Below are positions 38,648 to 46,654 of a DNA stretch of 57,480 nt, one piece after another (the stretch's first letter is position 1; the number at the start of each line of letters is the position of its first letter). The notes beneath the pieces were generated by a model. The model worked only from the letters and a program-made list of their open reading frames with translations, had not been told where the DNA came from and made no database searches. Origin of the DNA: Candidatus Effluviviaceae Genus V sp. (GTDB lineage Bacteria > Joyebacterota > Joyebacteria > Joyebacterales > Joyebacteraceae); assembly GCA_014728125.1 (NCBI GenBank), contig WJMD01000135.1, forward strand, positions 1 to 57,480. The letters are read 5' to 3'. The position numbers were made by a program, and so were the translations under genes.

Positions 38648-39316
38648 CTACACGAGAATGAGAAGGACCAGCCCGGCGAGGAGTCCGACCCCGACGGCGT
38701 TCCGTTCGCTCTGGCGGCCGACGCCGGCGATTCCTGCGGCCGCCAGCGGGGCCGCCCAGACGGCCAGCGGAAGGGCTCCTCCACCGGACGGCACGGCCGG
38801 CGCCGCGGCCCAGGCGATCCCGAGAGCCGCGGCCGTCAGGAGAGAGCCGGCTCCGAAACGGGCCGCGAGCGCGGCCGCAACGGACGTCCCGACCGCCGCG
38901 GTGTTACCCCGCTCCACCCCCTCGAACGCGCGCTCCGCCAGGCGGACATTGAGGCGCCGGAGCATGAGGATCGCACGCTGTCCCGCGATACCCGTTGCCA
39001 GGGCGATGAGAAGCGCGATGGCAACAGCCCAGGCACCGGGAGGAAGACCGTTCGAGATCGTCACCGCGGCGCCTACGGCCGCGACCGTTGCCGGCGCCGT
39101 GTCAGGGAACGGTGTGGCTCCCACCGGAAGCACACCGATCCACACGAGCTGGAGCACCGCGCCGAGGACGAGGCCGAGGACCGGGTCTCCCACGATCCAG
39201 CCGGCCAGAGCCCCGCTGACGATCGGCTGTGAGACCATCACCTGCAGGAAGGCCGTCGTATCGAGCGACAGGGCTCCGCCCAACAGGATCAGACCGAACG
39301 CGACGTTCGGACTCAC
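38648..39316 (-). CDS. PTS mannose/fructose/sorbose-family EIIC component
   Basis: GTG at 39316 after a GGGAGGAGAC SD, overlapping the GH57 stop (GTGA). LD.TAFLQVMVSQPIVSGALAGWIVGDP resembles ManY-type IIC. Confidence 0.7.
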   Translation of the reverse strand: MSPNVAFGLILLGGALSLDTTAFLQVMVSQPIVSGALAGWIVGDPVLGLVLGAVLQLVWIGVLPVGATPFPDTAPATVAAVGAAVTISNGLPPGAWAVAIALLIALATGIAGQRAILMLRRLNVRLAERAFEGVERGNTAAVGTSVAAALAARFGAGSLLTAAALGIAWAAAPAVPSGGGALPLAVWAAPLAAAGIAGVGRQSERNAVGVGLLAGLVLLILV

Positions 39317-41496
39317 GTCTCCTCCCGGAGCCTGCTGGTGGAAATGGTGATCTCGAACTCCTGCGGCGCCCCGCCCCGTGCCCGCAGCGGCCGGACGAAC
39401 CAGACGGTGACGCCCTGGAAGACGCGCTCGAAGCCGCCCTCGGACTGACTGGCCGTTTCGAGCGGACGCACCCACACCTGCGCCTCAGGCGAGAGCTTCA
39501 TGTCGAGCGCGAAGCCCCGGAGCCTGTCGATGAAGCGCACCCCGCCGGTCTCCTCGAACGTGACCGGCTCGTCGAGCGCGACCGGCCCGCCCCCTGCCGA
39601 GACGGTCGAGTAGTCGCCGTGGCCGGTCAGGAAGGCCAGGTTCCACTCCGATGCGAAGCGAAGGTCGAGGTCGGCGTCCGAGCTCAGGACGTTCTCGACG
39701 GTGAGCTCCCCCTCGACGCTGAGCCGTATGGTCTTCTCGAGGGCCACCGGCAGCACGAGACCGCCGTCGTGGACGAAGCCGTTCGTCGAAAGTGACGCGG
39801 CTACCCGCCCGCCGTCGCGGCAGGGCGAGCAATCGTAGGCGGCTCCCACGAAGTCGCCGAGGTCCGACGAGGGATCGTCCATCGAGTCGGGGCCCGCGTC
39901 CCGCGCGAGCACACGGTCGAACGCCGACCAGCGCGGATGATCGTCCGGATGCGCGAACGCCTCGAGCCCCTTCTCCTTGGCCCGTACCACGTCGTGTATG
40001 CTGACCGTACCGTCTTCCCCGTCGTCGTGAGACGCCTGCCGGAGGTCCTCGTGGTACGCCTCCTCGTAGCGTCCCATCGTGGCCTGCAGGTTGACGCCCT
40101 CGCGCCGCAGGTCGAGCTCAAAGATGGAGCCTCCTCGCTCGGGCGACACGTAGACATTGGCCCACTGTGTCTCCATGAGAACCTCGTCGCGCCCGTCGAG
40201 GTCGTGGTCGAGGACGTCGAGTGCGTCCCAGGACGTGCCGCGCTTCTCCTCCAGGAGGTTCTCGGCCCGGATCAAATGCTCGAACACCGCCGAACGCAGA
40301 TGCGGGAGGTAGAGCCCTCCGAAGACGCCGTGCCAGTACGCGCAGTTGCACTGCCCGCGCCAGAGTTCCGTCCTGGCCCCCTTCATATCCTCCGCTGTCG
40401 GCGTGCCCCGGTGTGCCCTCGTCTCCTCGCCGAGCTCGCGCGCAACGTCCTGTCCGCCGCCGGACCGTTCGGCCTCGAGGAGCTTGTCGCTGACGCGCCA
40501 CATCTTGCGGGTCATCAGCTTCGACTCCTCGTACTTCGTCTGGAAGTTCTTCCAGATACCGCCCGACAGGAACGGTCGCCACTCGTCTCCCCTGCCGCTC
40601 TCGTCGACCTCCCTGAGCAGACGGGCGTAGGTGCGCCGCGCGGGCGTCGGTAGAGCCCATTCCATCATCTCGGGATAGGAGGATGTCGGCAGATAGACCC
40701 GCCCCCTGGGTTCGCAGCGGTCGATGACGTCGGCGAAGGTGGCGGTCTCGAGCCAGTCCGAGGCACCCTCGATAGCCTCCAGGAAGCGCTCGAGCCAGCC
40801 TCCGGAGTGAACGTGGTCGTAGGTTCCCGGCCAGATGCCGAACTTCTCGCCGTCGTCGCCGAACACGGCCGTGAGCCCGAACCCACGGTCGGCGAGATCC
40901 CTCATGTGCCGGAGTGTCTCCTCGGGGTCCTGAAACGGTATGAGATATCGCAGGCGTTTGCTGATCGGAAAGACGCGCACCGTGCCGCCCTCGTGCTCCG
41001 TCATGAAGTCCCCCGTCAGTTCATCGTCCGAGAGACCCGCGAGGCGGAACTCGTAGTCGTCCAGCGGGAGATACTCGACGCCGGCGCTGCGGATCGTCGC
41101 GGCAAGATCGGGCTGCCAGACGCGCTCCGCCAGCCACATACCGCGCGGACGGACGCCGAAGACCCGCTCCGTGTACTCCGTGAGCATGCGGATCTGTCCC
41201 TCGGCGTCGCGCGAGGGGATGCCCGACAGGATGGGCTCGTAGAAGCCGCCCGTCAGGAGCTCAACCTGTCCGCTCTCCACCAGCGCTCTCACGCGGTCGA
41301 TGTACTCCGGGGCGTGCTCCTCGTACCACTCCAGGAGGGGACCGGTGTTGTGCAGGACCATTCTGACGCCCGGGTGTCGCTCCAGAGCGTCGAGGAACGG
41401 TCTGTAGGCCTTCTCGTACGCCTCTTCGAAGACGTGCGGCAGATTGCCGACCGGCTGGTGATTGTGGATGCAGAGGATGAGGGTGGTCCGCTTCAC
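39313..41496 (-). CDS. Glycoside hydrolase family 57 alpha-glucan enzyme (alpha-amylase / 4-alpha-glucanotransferase-like)
   Basis: GTG at 41496 with GGGAGG SD. N-terminus LILCIHNHQPVGNLPHVFEEAYEKAYRPFLDAL is the GH57 signature. The 727-aa length fits the GH57 + DUF1925/DUF1926-type architecture. Confidence 0.75.
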   Translation of the reverse strand: MKRTTLILCIHNHQPVGNLPHVFEEAYEKAYRPFLDALERHPGVRMVLHNTGPLLEWYEEHAPEYIDRVRALVESGQVELLTGGFYEPILSGIPSRDAEGQIRMLTEYTERVFGVRPRGMWLAERVWQPDLAATIRSAGVEYLPLDDYEFRLAGLSDDELTGDFMTEHEGGTVRVFPISKRLRYLIPFQDPEETLRHMRDLADRGFGLTAVFGDDGEKFGIWPGTYDHVHSGGWLERFLEAIEGASDWLETATFADVIDRCEPRGRVYLPTSSYPEMMEWALPTPARRTYARLLREVDESGRGDEWRPFLSGGIWKNFQTKYEESKLMTRKMWRVSDKLLEAERSGGGQDVARELGEETRAHRGTPTAEDMKGARTELWRGQCNCAYWHGVFGGLYLPHLRSAVFEHLIRAENLLEEKRGTSWDALDVLDHDLDGRDEVLMETQWANVYVSPERGGSIFELDLRREGVNLQATMGRYEEAYHEDLRQASHDDGEDGTVSIHDVVRAKEKGLEAFAHPDDHPRWSAFDRVLARDAGPDSMDDPSSDLGDFVGAAYDCSPCRDGGRVAASLSTNGFVHDGGLVLPVALEKTIRLSVEGELTVENVLSSDADLDLRFASEWNLAFLTGHGDYSTVSAGGGPVALDEPVTFEETGGVRFIDRLRGFALDMKLSPEAQVWVRPLETASQSEGGFERVFQGVTVWFVRPLRARGGAPQEFEITISTSRLREET

Positions 41497-41514
41497 CGTT
41501 GGCCTCCCGCCTTT

Positions 41515-42009
41515 CTAGTCGGTGCTCGATGCGTCGGAGAGCATTCGGGCCATGTCGACAGGCTGCGACTGCGGCACATCCTGCGCCGTCAGCTCGACGC
41601 CCTCCTCGATGATCTTCTGCATGGCTTCGACGTCGACGTCATCGACGTAGACGTACGACAGGATCTCCCTCTTGCCGGGTGAGAAGTGCATTCCGCCGAC
41701 ATTGACGGTCTCCGGTCGAAAGCCGCCCTCGATCAGGTCCCGCATGTCGGCCGGCGTCTCGACAATGACGATCACGCGCTGGGACGCCCAGCGGCCCGCC
41801 GACGCCGCCTCGAGGAACTCGGCCTTGGTCATCACGGACACGGCTGCGCCGAGGCTGTCCGCCTCGGCGTAGAGTTCGCGTCGCCATTCAGTGGTCGCGA
41901 CCTCGTCATTGACGAGAACCATGCGGTCGGGCTCGAGCCATCCGCCCCACGCCACCGTCACCTGACCGTGGATGAGCCTGTCGTCGATGCGGGCGAGAAT
42001 GACGGGCAC
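41515..42009 (-). CDS. PTS mannose-family EIIB component
   Basis: GTG at 42009 preceded by TAG-AGGAGG-CGCG (EIIA stop, then SD). Phosphorylation motif ARIDDRLIHGQV. Confidence 0.8.
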   Translation of the reverse strand: MPVILARIDDRLIHGQVTVAWGGWLEPDRMVLVNDEVATTEWRRELYAEADSLGAAVSVMTKAEFLEAASAGRWASQRVIVIVETPADMRDLIEGGFRPETVNVGGMHFSPGKREILSYVYVDDVDVEAMQKIIEEGVELTAQDVPQSQPVDMARMLSDASSTD

Positions 42010-42019
42010 CGCGCCTCCT

Positions 42020-42418
42020 CTAGAGCATCCGGACGGCGTCGCGCCCGCGCTGCATGACAAGACCGACCAGCTCGTCGACGTCGTGGCGGTCCCGCTTCAC
42101 GAAGAACTCGAGGAGCATCATCAGATTGACGCCCGAGAGCGTTCTGACGTCGTCTCTCTCCCGCGCGATCTCCTGGCAGACGTGATGGCAGCTGCCACCG
42201 GGCATGTCGCTCAGTACAACGACACGACACGTCTCACACAGCTCGTCGATCGAGTTCGTGACGGTTCTCTTGAGCTCCTTGAGTCCCAGTCCGCTGTTCG
42301 TCACCGCCGTCCAGTGCGACTGGGTGCCGAGGATACCCTCGACGGCCTCCATGAAGCACTTCGCCACGTTCCCGTGCGCCACGATGACACAGCCGGTCTT
42401 CTTCGGAAGGTCGCTCAT
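42020..42418 (-). CDS. PTS mannose-family EIIA component
   Basis: GCVIVAHGNVAKCFMEAVEGILG (active His in AHG). ATGA overlap with hprK. Confidence 0.8.
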   Translation of the reverse strand: MSDLPKKTGCVIVAHGNVAKCFMEAVEGILGTQSHWTAVTNSGLGLKELKRTVTNSIDELCETCRVVVLSDMPGGSCHHVCQEIARERDDVRTLSGVNLMMLLEFFVKRDRHDVDELVGLVMQRGRDAVRML

Positions 42419-43416
42419 TCGCTGTCGCTCCGTAGGATCCTGTCGGCGCGGCCCTTCGCCATCGTGAGCGCCTTGAGTCGCTGGTCGAACTCACGGGCCG
42501 GATGGACGCCGCGAAGCTTCAGAAGATGGTTGAGCGCGATCACCTCGGAGATGACGGTGATGTTCTTCCCCGGCACGAGGGGGAGCGCGACGACCGGGAT
42601 CCTCACGCCGAGGATCTCGGTCATCTCGTCCTCGAAGCCGAGACGCTCGTAGTCTGTGAGCTCGGCCCACCGGACGAGGTTGACCTGCATTTCGATGCGC
42701 TTCTTCTGCCGTGTCGCTCTGACGCCGAACATCGACCGCACGTCGATGATGCCGACGCCCCGGATCTCCATGTAGTGTCTGAGAAGGTCTGAACCGGTGC
42801 CGACCAGATACCCCTGCGGCGTGCGGAACGCCTGCACGACATCGTCGGCCACCAGGCGGTGCCCGTGTTCGACGAGGTCGAGTCCACACTCGCTCTTGCC
42901 GATCCCCGACTTGCCGGTGAAGAGCATACCGACGCCGTAGACGTCGACCAGCGTACCGTGGATCGTCGTCGAGGGCGCCAGCAGGTCCTCGAGCATCGCT
43001 CCGATCTGCCGGGCCAGACGCGCCGCCGGCACCGGGCTCTCGAAGACCGGGACGTCGCGCTCTCCGGCGAGTTCCACAAGCTCCTCGCCCGCCCGGGCTC
43101 CGTCTCCCACGATGACGCACGGGAGCGACCTCGTCAGCAGACGCGAGAGTGAGCGACGTCGCTCGTCGGCCTCCAGGGACGCCAGATAGGCCATCTCCTG
43201 CCCGCCGAGGACCTGGATGCGGTCCGGCTCGTAGCCCTCCTCGAAGCCGGCGAGGAAGAGCCCCGGTCTGTGGATCTCGGCGCTCGTGATGTCGCGGACG
43301 ACCTCTGTCGTCCCGGCAACCAGCTTGAGCTCGACGCGGCCGCGAACGCTCTCGAGGAGCTGCCCTACGTTCGTGGTTCCGCCGCTCGCCCCTGTCGCTT
43401 CGGCCTGATCGCTCAC
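42415..43416 (-). CDS. hprK: HPr kinase/phosphorylase
   Basis: Walker A GKSGIGKSECGLDLVEHGHRLVADD. C-terminal signature EIRGVGIIDV. Confidence 0.9.
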   Translation of the reverse strand: MSDQAEATGASGGTTNVGQLLESVRGRVELKLVAGTTEVVRDITSAEIHRPGLFLAGFEEGYEPDRIQVLGGQEMAYLASLEADERRRSLSRLLTRSLPCVIVGDGARAGEELVELAGERDVPVFESPVPAARLARQIGAMLEDLLAPSTTIHGTLVDVYGVGMLFTGKSGIGKSECGLDLVEHGHRLVADDVVQAFRTPQGYLVGTGSDLLRHYMEIRGVGIIDVRSMFGVRATRQKKRIEMQVNLVRWAELTDYERLGFEDEMTEILGVRIPVVALPLVPGKNITVISEVIALNHLLKLRGVHPAREFDQRLKALTMAKGRADRILRSDSE

Positions 43417-43943
43417 TCTGCCTGTCCCCTGGGTTCGACGAGACCGTAGTCTCCGTCGTCTCGTCTGTAGATGACGTTCAGCGAGTTCGTCTCTGAGTTC
43501 AGGAAGACGAGGAAGCCGACCTTGAGCTCATCCAGTGATGCGAGCGCCTCCTCCGGTGTCATCGGCGATTCGCCCAGCTGCTCCGAGGCCACGCCGATCG
43601 TCCGCGGGGCAGCCCCGTCGAGCGCTCTCGCGGCCTCCGCCGTGGGCGTCGCTCCCTTTCTGTTCCTGACACGCTCCTTGTGGCGTCTGATCTGCCGCTC
43701 GACCTTCTCGAACGCCAGGTCGATGGCCGACCGCATGTCCTCGGCCTCCTGCTCGCTGGAGACGATCACCCTCGAGGCGTGGACCGTGACGTCGGCGATC
43801 CGCCGATGCCCCTCGGCCTCGAGGACGACGTGCGCCTCGTCGATGCGGTCGAAGTACCTGGTCAGATGCTCGGCCTTCTCGTTGACATATGTCTTGAGCG
43901 CCGGATCCAGGTCGAAGTGCCGCGCCGTGACCAGAACTCTCAT
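43413..43943 (-). CDS. hpf: Ribosome hibernation promoting factor (long form)
   Basis: N-terminal S30AE/RaiA fold (ITARHFDL...L..YV..K...L..YF) plus a C-terminal dimerisation domain (FLVFLNSETNSLNVIYRRDDGDYGLVEP). Confidence 0.85.
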   Translation of the reverse strand: MRVLVTARHFDLDPALKTYVNEKAEHLTRYFDRIDEAHVVLEAEGHRRIADVTVHASRVIVSSEQEAEDMRSAIDLAFEKVERQIRRHKERVRNRKGATPTAEAARALDGAAPRTIGVASEQLGESPMTPEEALASLDELKVGFLVFLNSETNSLNVIYRRDDGDYGLVEPRGQAE

Positions 43944-44851
43944 GCGTGCTCCTTTCGCCGGGCGAAGGTCGTCTGGGTAGTTCTCTCGTCACGTGCCCTG
44001 GCCGCCGATTCATCGGCCAGATACGAGCTGCGGACGAACGGGCCTGAGGCCACCGCAGCGAACCCCATGTCACGGGCCAGGTCGGCCAGCTGGTCGAACT
44101 CCTCGGGCGGAACGAACCGCTCGACCGGAAGATGCACATCGGAGGGACTCAGGTACTGTCCCAGGCAGAGTATCTCGACCCCCGCGGTCCGGAGGTCCCG
44201 AAGCGTCGACTCGATCTCCGACGTCGTCTCGCCCAGACCGAGCATCATGGCCGATTTCACGATCGGTGCGTGTGGCATCTCAGCAACGTATCTCAGAACC
44301 GACAGTGTTCGCGCGTAGTCCGCCTCAGGACGTGCCGCTGCGTAGAGCCTCGAGACGGTCTCGACGTTGTGTCCGAAGACGTCGGGACCAGGGTCCAGCA
44401 CCCTGTCGATCGACTCCCTGCTGCCATGGAAGTCCGGAACGAGGACCTCGATGCCGGCCTGCGGGAGAGCGCGGCGCACCGCATCGACCGTAGCCGCGAA
44501 GTGACCGGCGCCCCCGTCCGGGAGGTCGTCCCGGGTCACCGAGGTGAGCACAACGAAAGAGAGGCCGAGCAAGCGCGCCGCCTCGGCGACCCTCTCGGGC
44601 TCATCATCGTCGACGCTCACGGGCGTCGTGTGCCGCACCGCGCAGAAACGGCAGTCCCGCGTGCACGCGTCACCGAGAACCATGAACGTCGCGGTGCCCC
44701 GCGTGAAGCAATCCACACGATTGGGGCACTTCGCCTCGTCGCAGACGGTGTTGAGATGACATCGGGCCAGCGTCTGACGGACGGCCCGCACACGCGCGGG
44801 ATCCGACAGCGGTTTGGTCAGCCAGGAAGGTAGTCTCGGTCGTTCTCTCAA
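43940..44851 (-). CDS. lipA: Lipoyl synthase
   Basis: Clusters CDEAKCPNRVDC and CTRDCRFC (radical SAM). The TTG at 44851 after GGAG forms a TTGA overlap with the upstream stop. The ORF track extends to GTG 44869. Confidence 0.9.
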   Translation of the reverse strand: MRERPRLPSWLTKPLSDPARVRAVRQTLARCHLNTVCDEAKCPNRVDCFTRGTATFMVLGDACTRDCRFCAVRHTTPVSVDDDEPERVAEAARLLGLSFVVLTSVTRDDLPDGGAGHFAATVDAVRRALPQAGIEVLVPDFHGSRESIDRVLDPGPDVFGHNVETVSRLYAAARPEADYARTLSVLRYVAEMPHAPIVKSAMMLGLGETTSEIESTLRDLRTAGVEILCLGQYLSPSDVHLPVERFVPPEEFDQLADLARDMGFAAVASGPFVRSSYLADESAARARDERTTQTTFARRKEHA

Positions 44852-45093
44852 CCGGTCTCCACTCTGCACAGAACGTCACCCTGTCTGACGGTCTCATCCT
44901 CTCCAGCGACTACCGACGTCACCGTACCGTCGAACGGGGACCGGACGGCGAGGGCGGTCTTCTCCTCGGTCGACTCAAGGACGACGAGCTCGTCGCCCCG
45001 CTTCACGGCTCCCCCGACGTCGACCTTCCAGAACGAGACAGTGAACTCCTCCGCGTCGGACTCGGTCGCATCGAGCACGACGTCCTTCACCAT
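44848..45093 (-). CDS. Stand-alone lipoyl/biotinyl-attachment domain protein (81 aa)
   Basis: ATG at 45093 with a perfect AGGAGG SD. VVLESTEEKTALAVRSPFDGTV aligns to the E-T-D-K-A-x-x-E-V-x-S-P-x-x-G lipoyl-lysine hairpin with a one-residue insertion. Confidence 0.65.
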   Translation of the reverse strand: MVKDVVLDATESDAEEFTVSFWKVDVGGAVKRGDELVVLESTEEKTALAVRSPFDGTVTSVVAGEDETVRQGDVLCRVETG

Positions 45094-45111
45094 GGTACCT
45101 CCTGCATTCGA

Positions 45112-46581
45112 TCATATCTCCTTGCGCAGCCGCGCCGGGAGTATGTTCATCTGGTCGCGGTACTTGGCGACCGCTCGGCGCGAGATGGTGAATCCGATTC
45201 TCTTGAGTTCACCGGCGATCTTCTGGTCGGAGAGCGGCTTGTGCTTGTCCTCCTTGCTGATGATCTCCCGCATCGCGTCCTTGACGGCCTTGGAGGACAT
45301 CTCCGTCCCGTCCCGCGTCTTGATGCCGCTCGAGAAGAAGTACTTGAGTTCGAGGGTGCCCCTGGTCGTCTGGACGTACTTGCCGCGGGTCACCCGGCTG
45401 ACCGTCGACTCGTGCATGCCGACATCATCCGCGATCTGCTGCAGGGTCAAAGGCCTGAGCGCAGATACACCCTTCTCGAAGAAGCCGCGCTGAGCGCGCA
45501 CGATCGACTCCATGACGCGCACCATCGTCCGCCGCCTGTTCTCTATGCTCTGGACGATCCAGCGCGCGGCCTTGAGCTTCTTCGATATGAAGTCGCGTCC
45601 CTCTCCGCTGGCGCCGTCGGCCAGCGCCCTGCGATAGGTCGGGCTGATCCGCACGCGCGGGATGTGCGAGTCGTTGAGGTAGACCACGTACTCTCCGTCG
45701 ACCTCCTCCACGACGAGATCGGGGGTGATATAGGCCGGATCGGGAAGCGTCGGGTCGGTCCTCGGGCGCGGGTTGAGCTTCGAGATGATGTTGATGGCCT
45801 CTCTCAGCTCGTCGGTCGTCACCCCCAGCCTGCGCCGGATCTGGTCATGCTTGCACGCCTTGAGGTCGTCGAAGGCCTCCATGACCACGCGGGCGGCCAG
45901 ACTGTCGCCCATGTCCTTGCGACTGAGCTGATTGAGAAGACACTCCTCGATGTCGCGCGCGGCGATCCCCGGCGGGTCGAGCGACTGCACGATCTCGAGC
46001 GCGCGTTCGACCTTCTCGGGCTCTGCGCGAAGGAGCTCCGCCATCTCGCTGACGGAGTCGCGCACGTAGCCGTCGCTGTCGAGTTCGTCGATGATGTACT
46101 CGCCGATACCGAGAATGTCCTCCTCGGCGCACTCCATGTGGAGCTGGTTCTTCAGCGCGTCCTCAAAAGTAGCGACGGCGACGGGCACGCGTTCGACCTC
46201 GTCGTCCTCGTCACGTGCCAGGTTCTGTCCGTAGGCGTGCGAATAGACGTCGTCCAGGTAGTCGTCCCAGTCGAGGTCACCCGCGTCGTCCGGACGCTCG
46301 TCCTCACCCGCATCGGCCTGCTCGGACTCCGAGTCGGCCGTCGACTCCTTGCCCGAATCGTCGTCCCCGCTCTCTTCGCTCGAGGACTCCTCCTGCTCCT
46401 CGCTCTCGGGCTCGTCGCCCTCCTCGAGCCGCTCCAGAAGCGGATTCTGCAGAAGCTCGTTCTTCAGGAACTGCTCGAGCTCGAGCGTGGAGACCTGGAG
46501 GATCTTCAGCGCCATCTGCAGCCGCGGCGTCATGACGAGCTGCTGCTGCATCTTCATGCCGACGTGCTGTTTCATCTCCAT
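45112..46581 (-). CDS. rpoN: RNA polymerase sigma-54 factor
   Basis: Gln/Leu-rich region I (QQQLVMTPRLQMALKILQ), acidic region II, HTH, and RpoN box ISRRAVAKYRDQM. Confidence 0.95.
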   Translation of the reverse strand: MEMKQHVGMKMQQQLVMTPRLQMALKILQVSTLELEQFLKNELLQNPLLERLEEGDEPESEEQEESSSEESGDDDSGKESTADSESEQADAGEDERPDDAGDLDWDDYLDDVYSHAYGQNLARDEDDEVERVPVAVATFEDALKNQLHMECAEEDILGIGEYIIDELDSDGYVRDSVSEMAELLRAEPEKVERALEIVQSLDPPGIAARDIEECLLNQLSRKDMGDSLAARVVMEAFDDLKACKHDQIRRRLGVTTDELREAINIISKLNPRPRTDPTLPDPAYITPDLVVEEVDGEYVVYLNDSHIPRVRISPTYRRALADGASGEGRDFISKKLKAARWIVQSIENRRRTMVRVMESIVRAQRGFFEKGVSALRPLTLQQIADDVGMHESTVSRVTRGKYVQTTRGTLELKYFFSSGIKTRDGTEMSSKAVKDAMREIISKEDKHKPLSDQKIAGELKRIGFTISRRAVAKYRDQMNILPARLRKEI

Positions 46582-46654
46582 GGTTGTGATCCTCTGGGGC
46601 AGCGGGGGTGGACGTGTCGCGCCCTGGCCTCGTCTCGCGCCGGACGCCGTCAGT

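Noticed and set aside
39317-39475. 53-codon N-terminal extension of the EIIC gene (ORF track 38648..39475)
   Set aside because: It overlaps the GH57 C-terminus and is Arg/Gly-rich and hydrophilic. The GTG at 39316 has a strong SD and begins the first TM helix.
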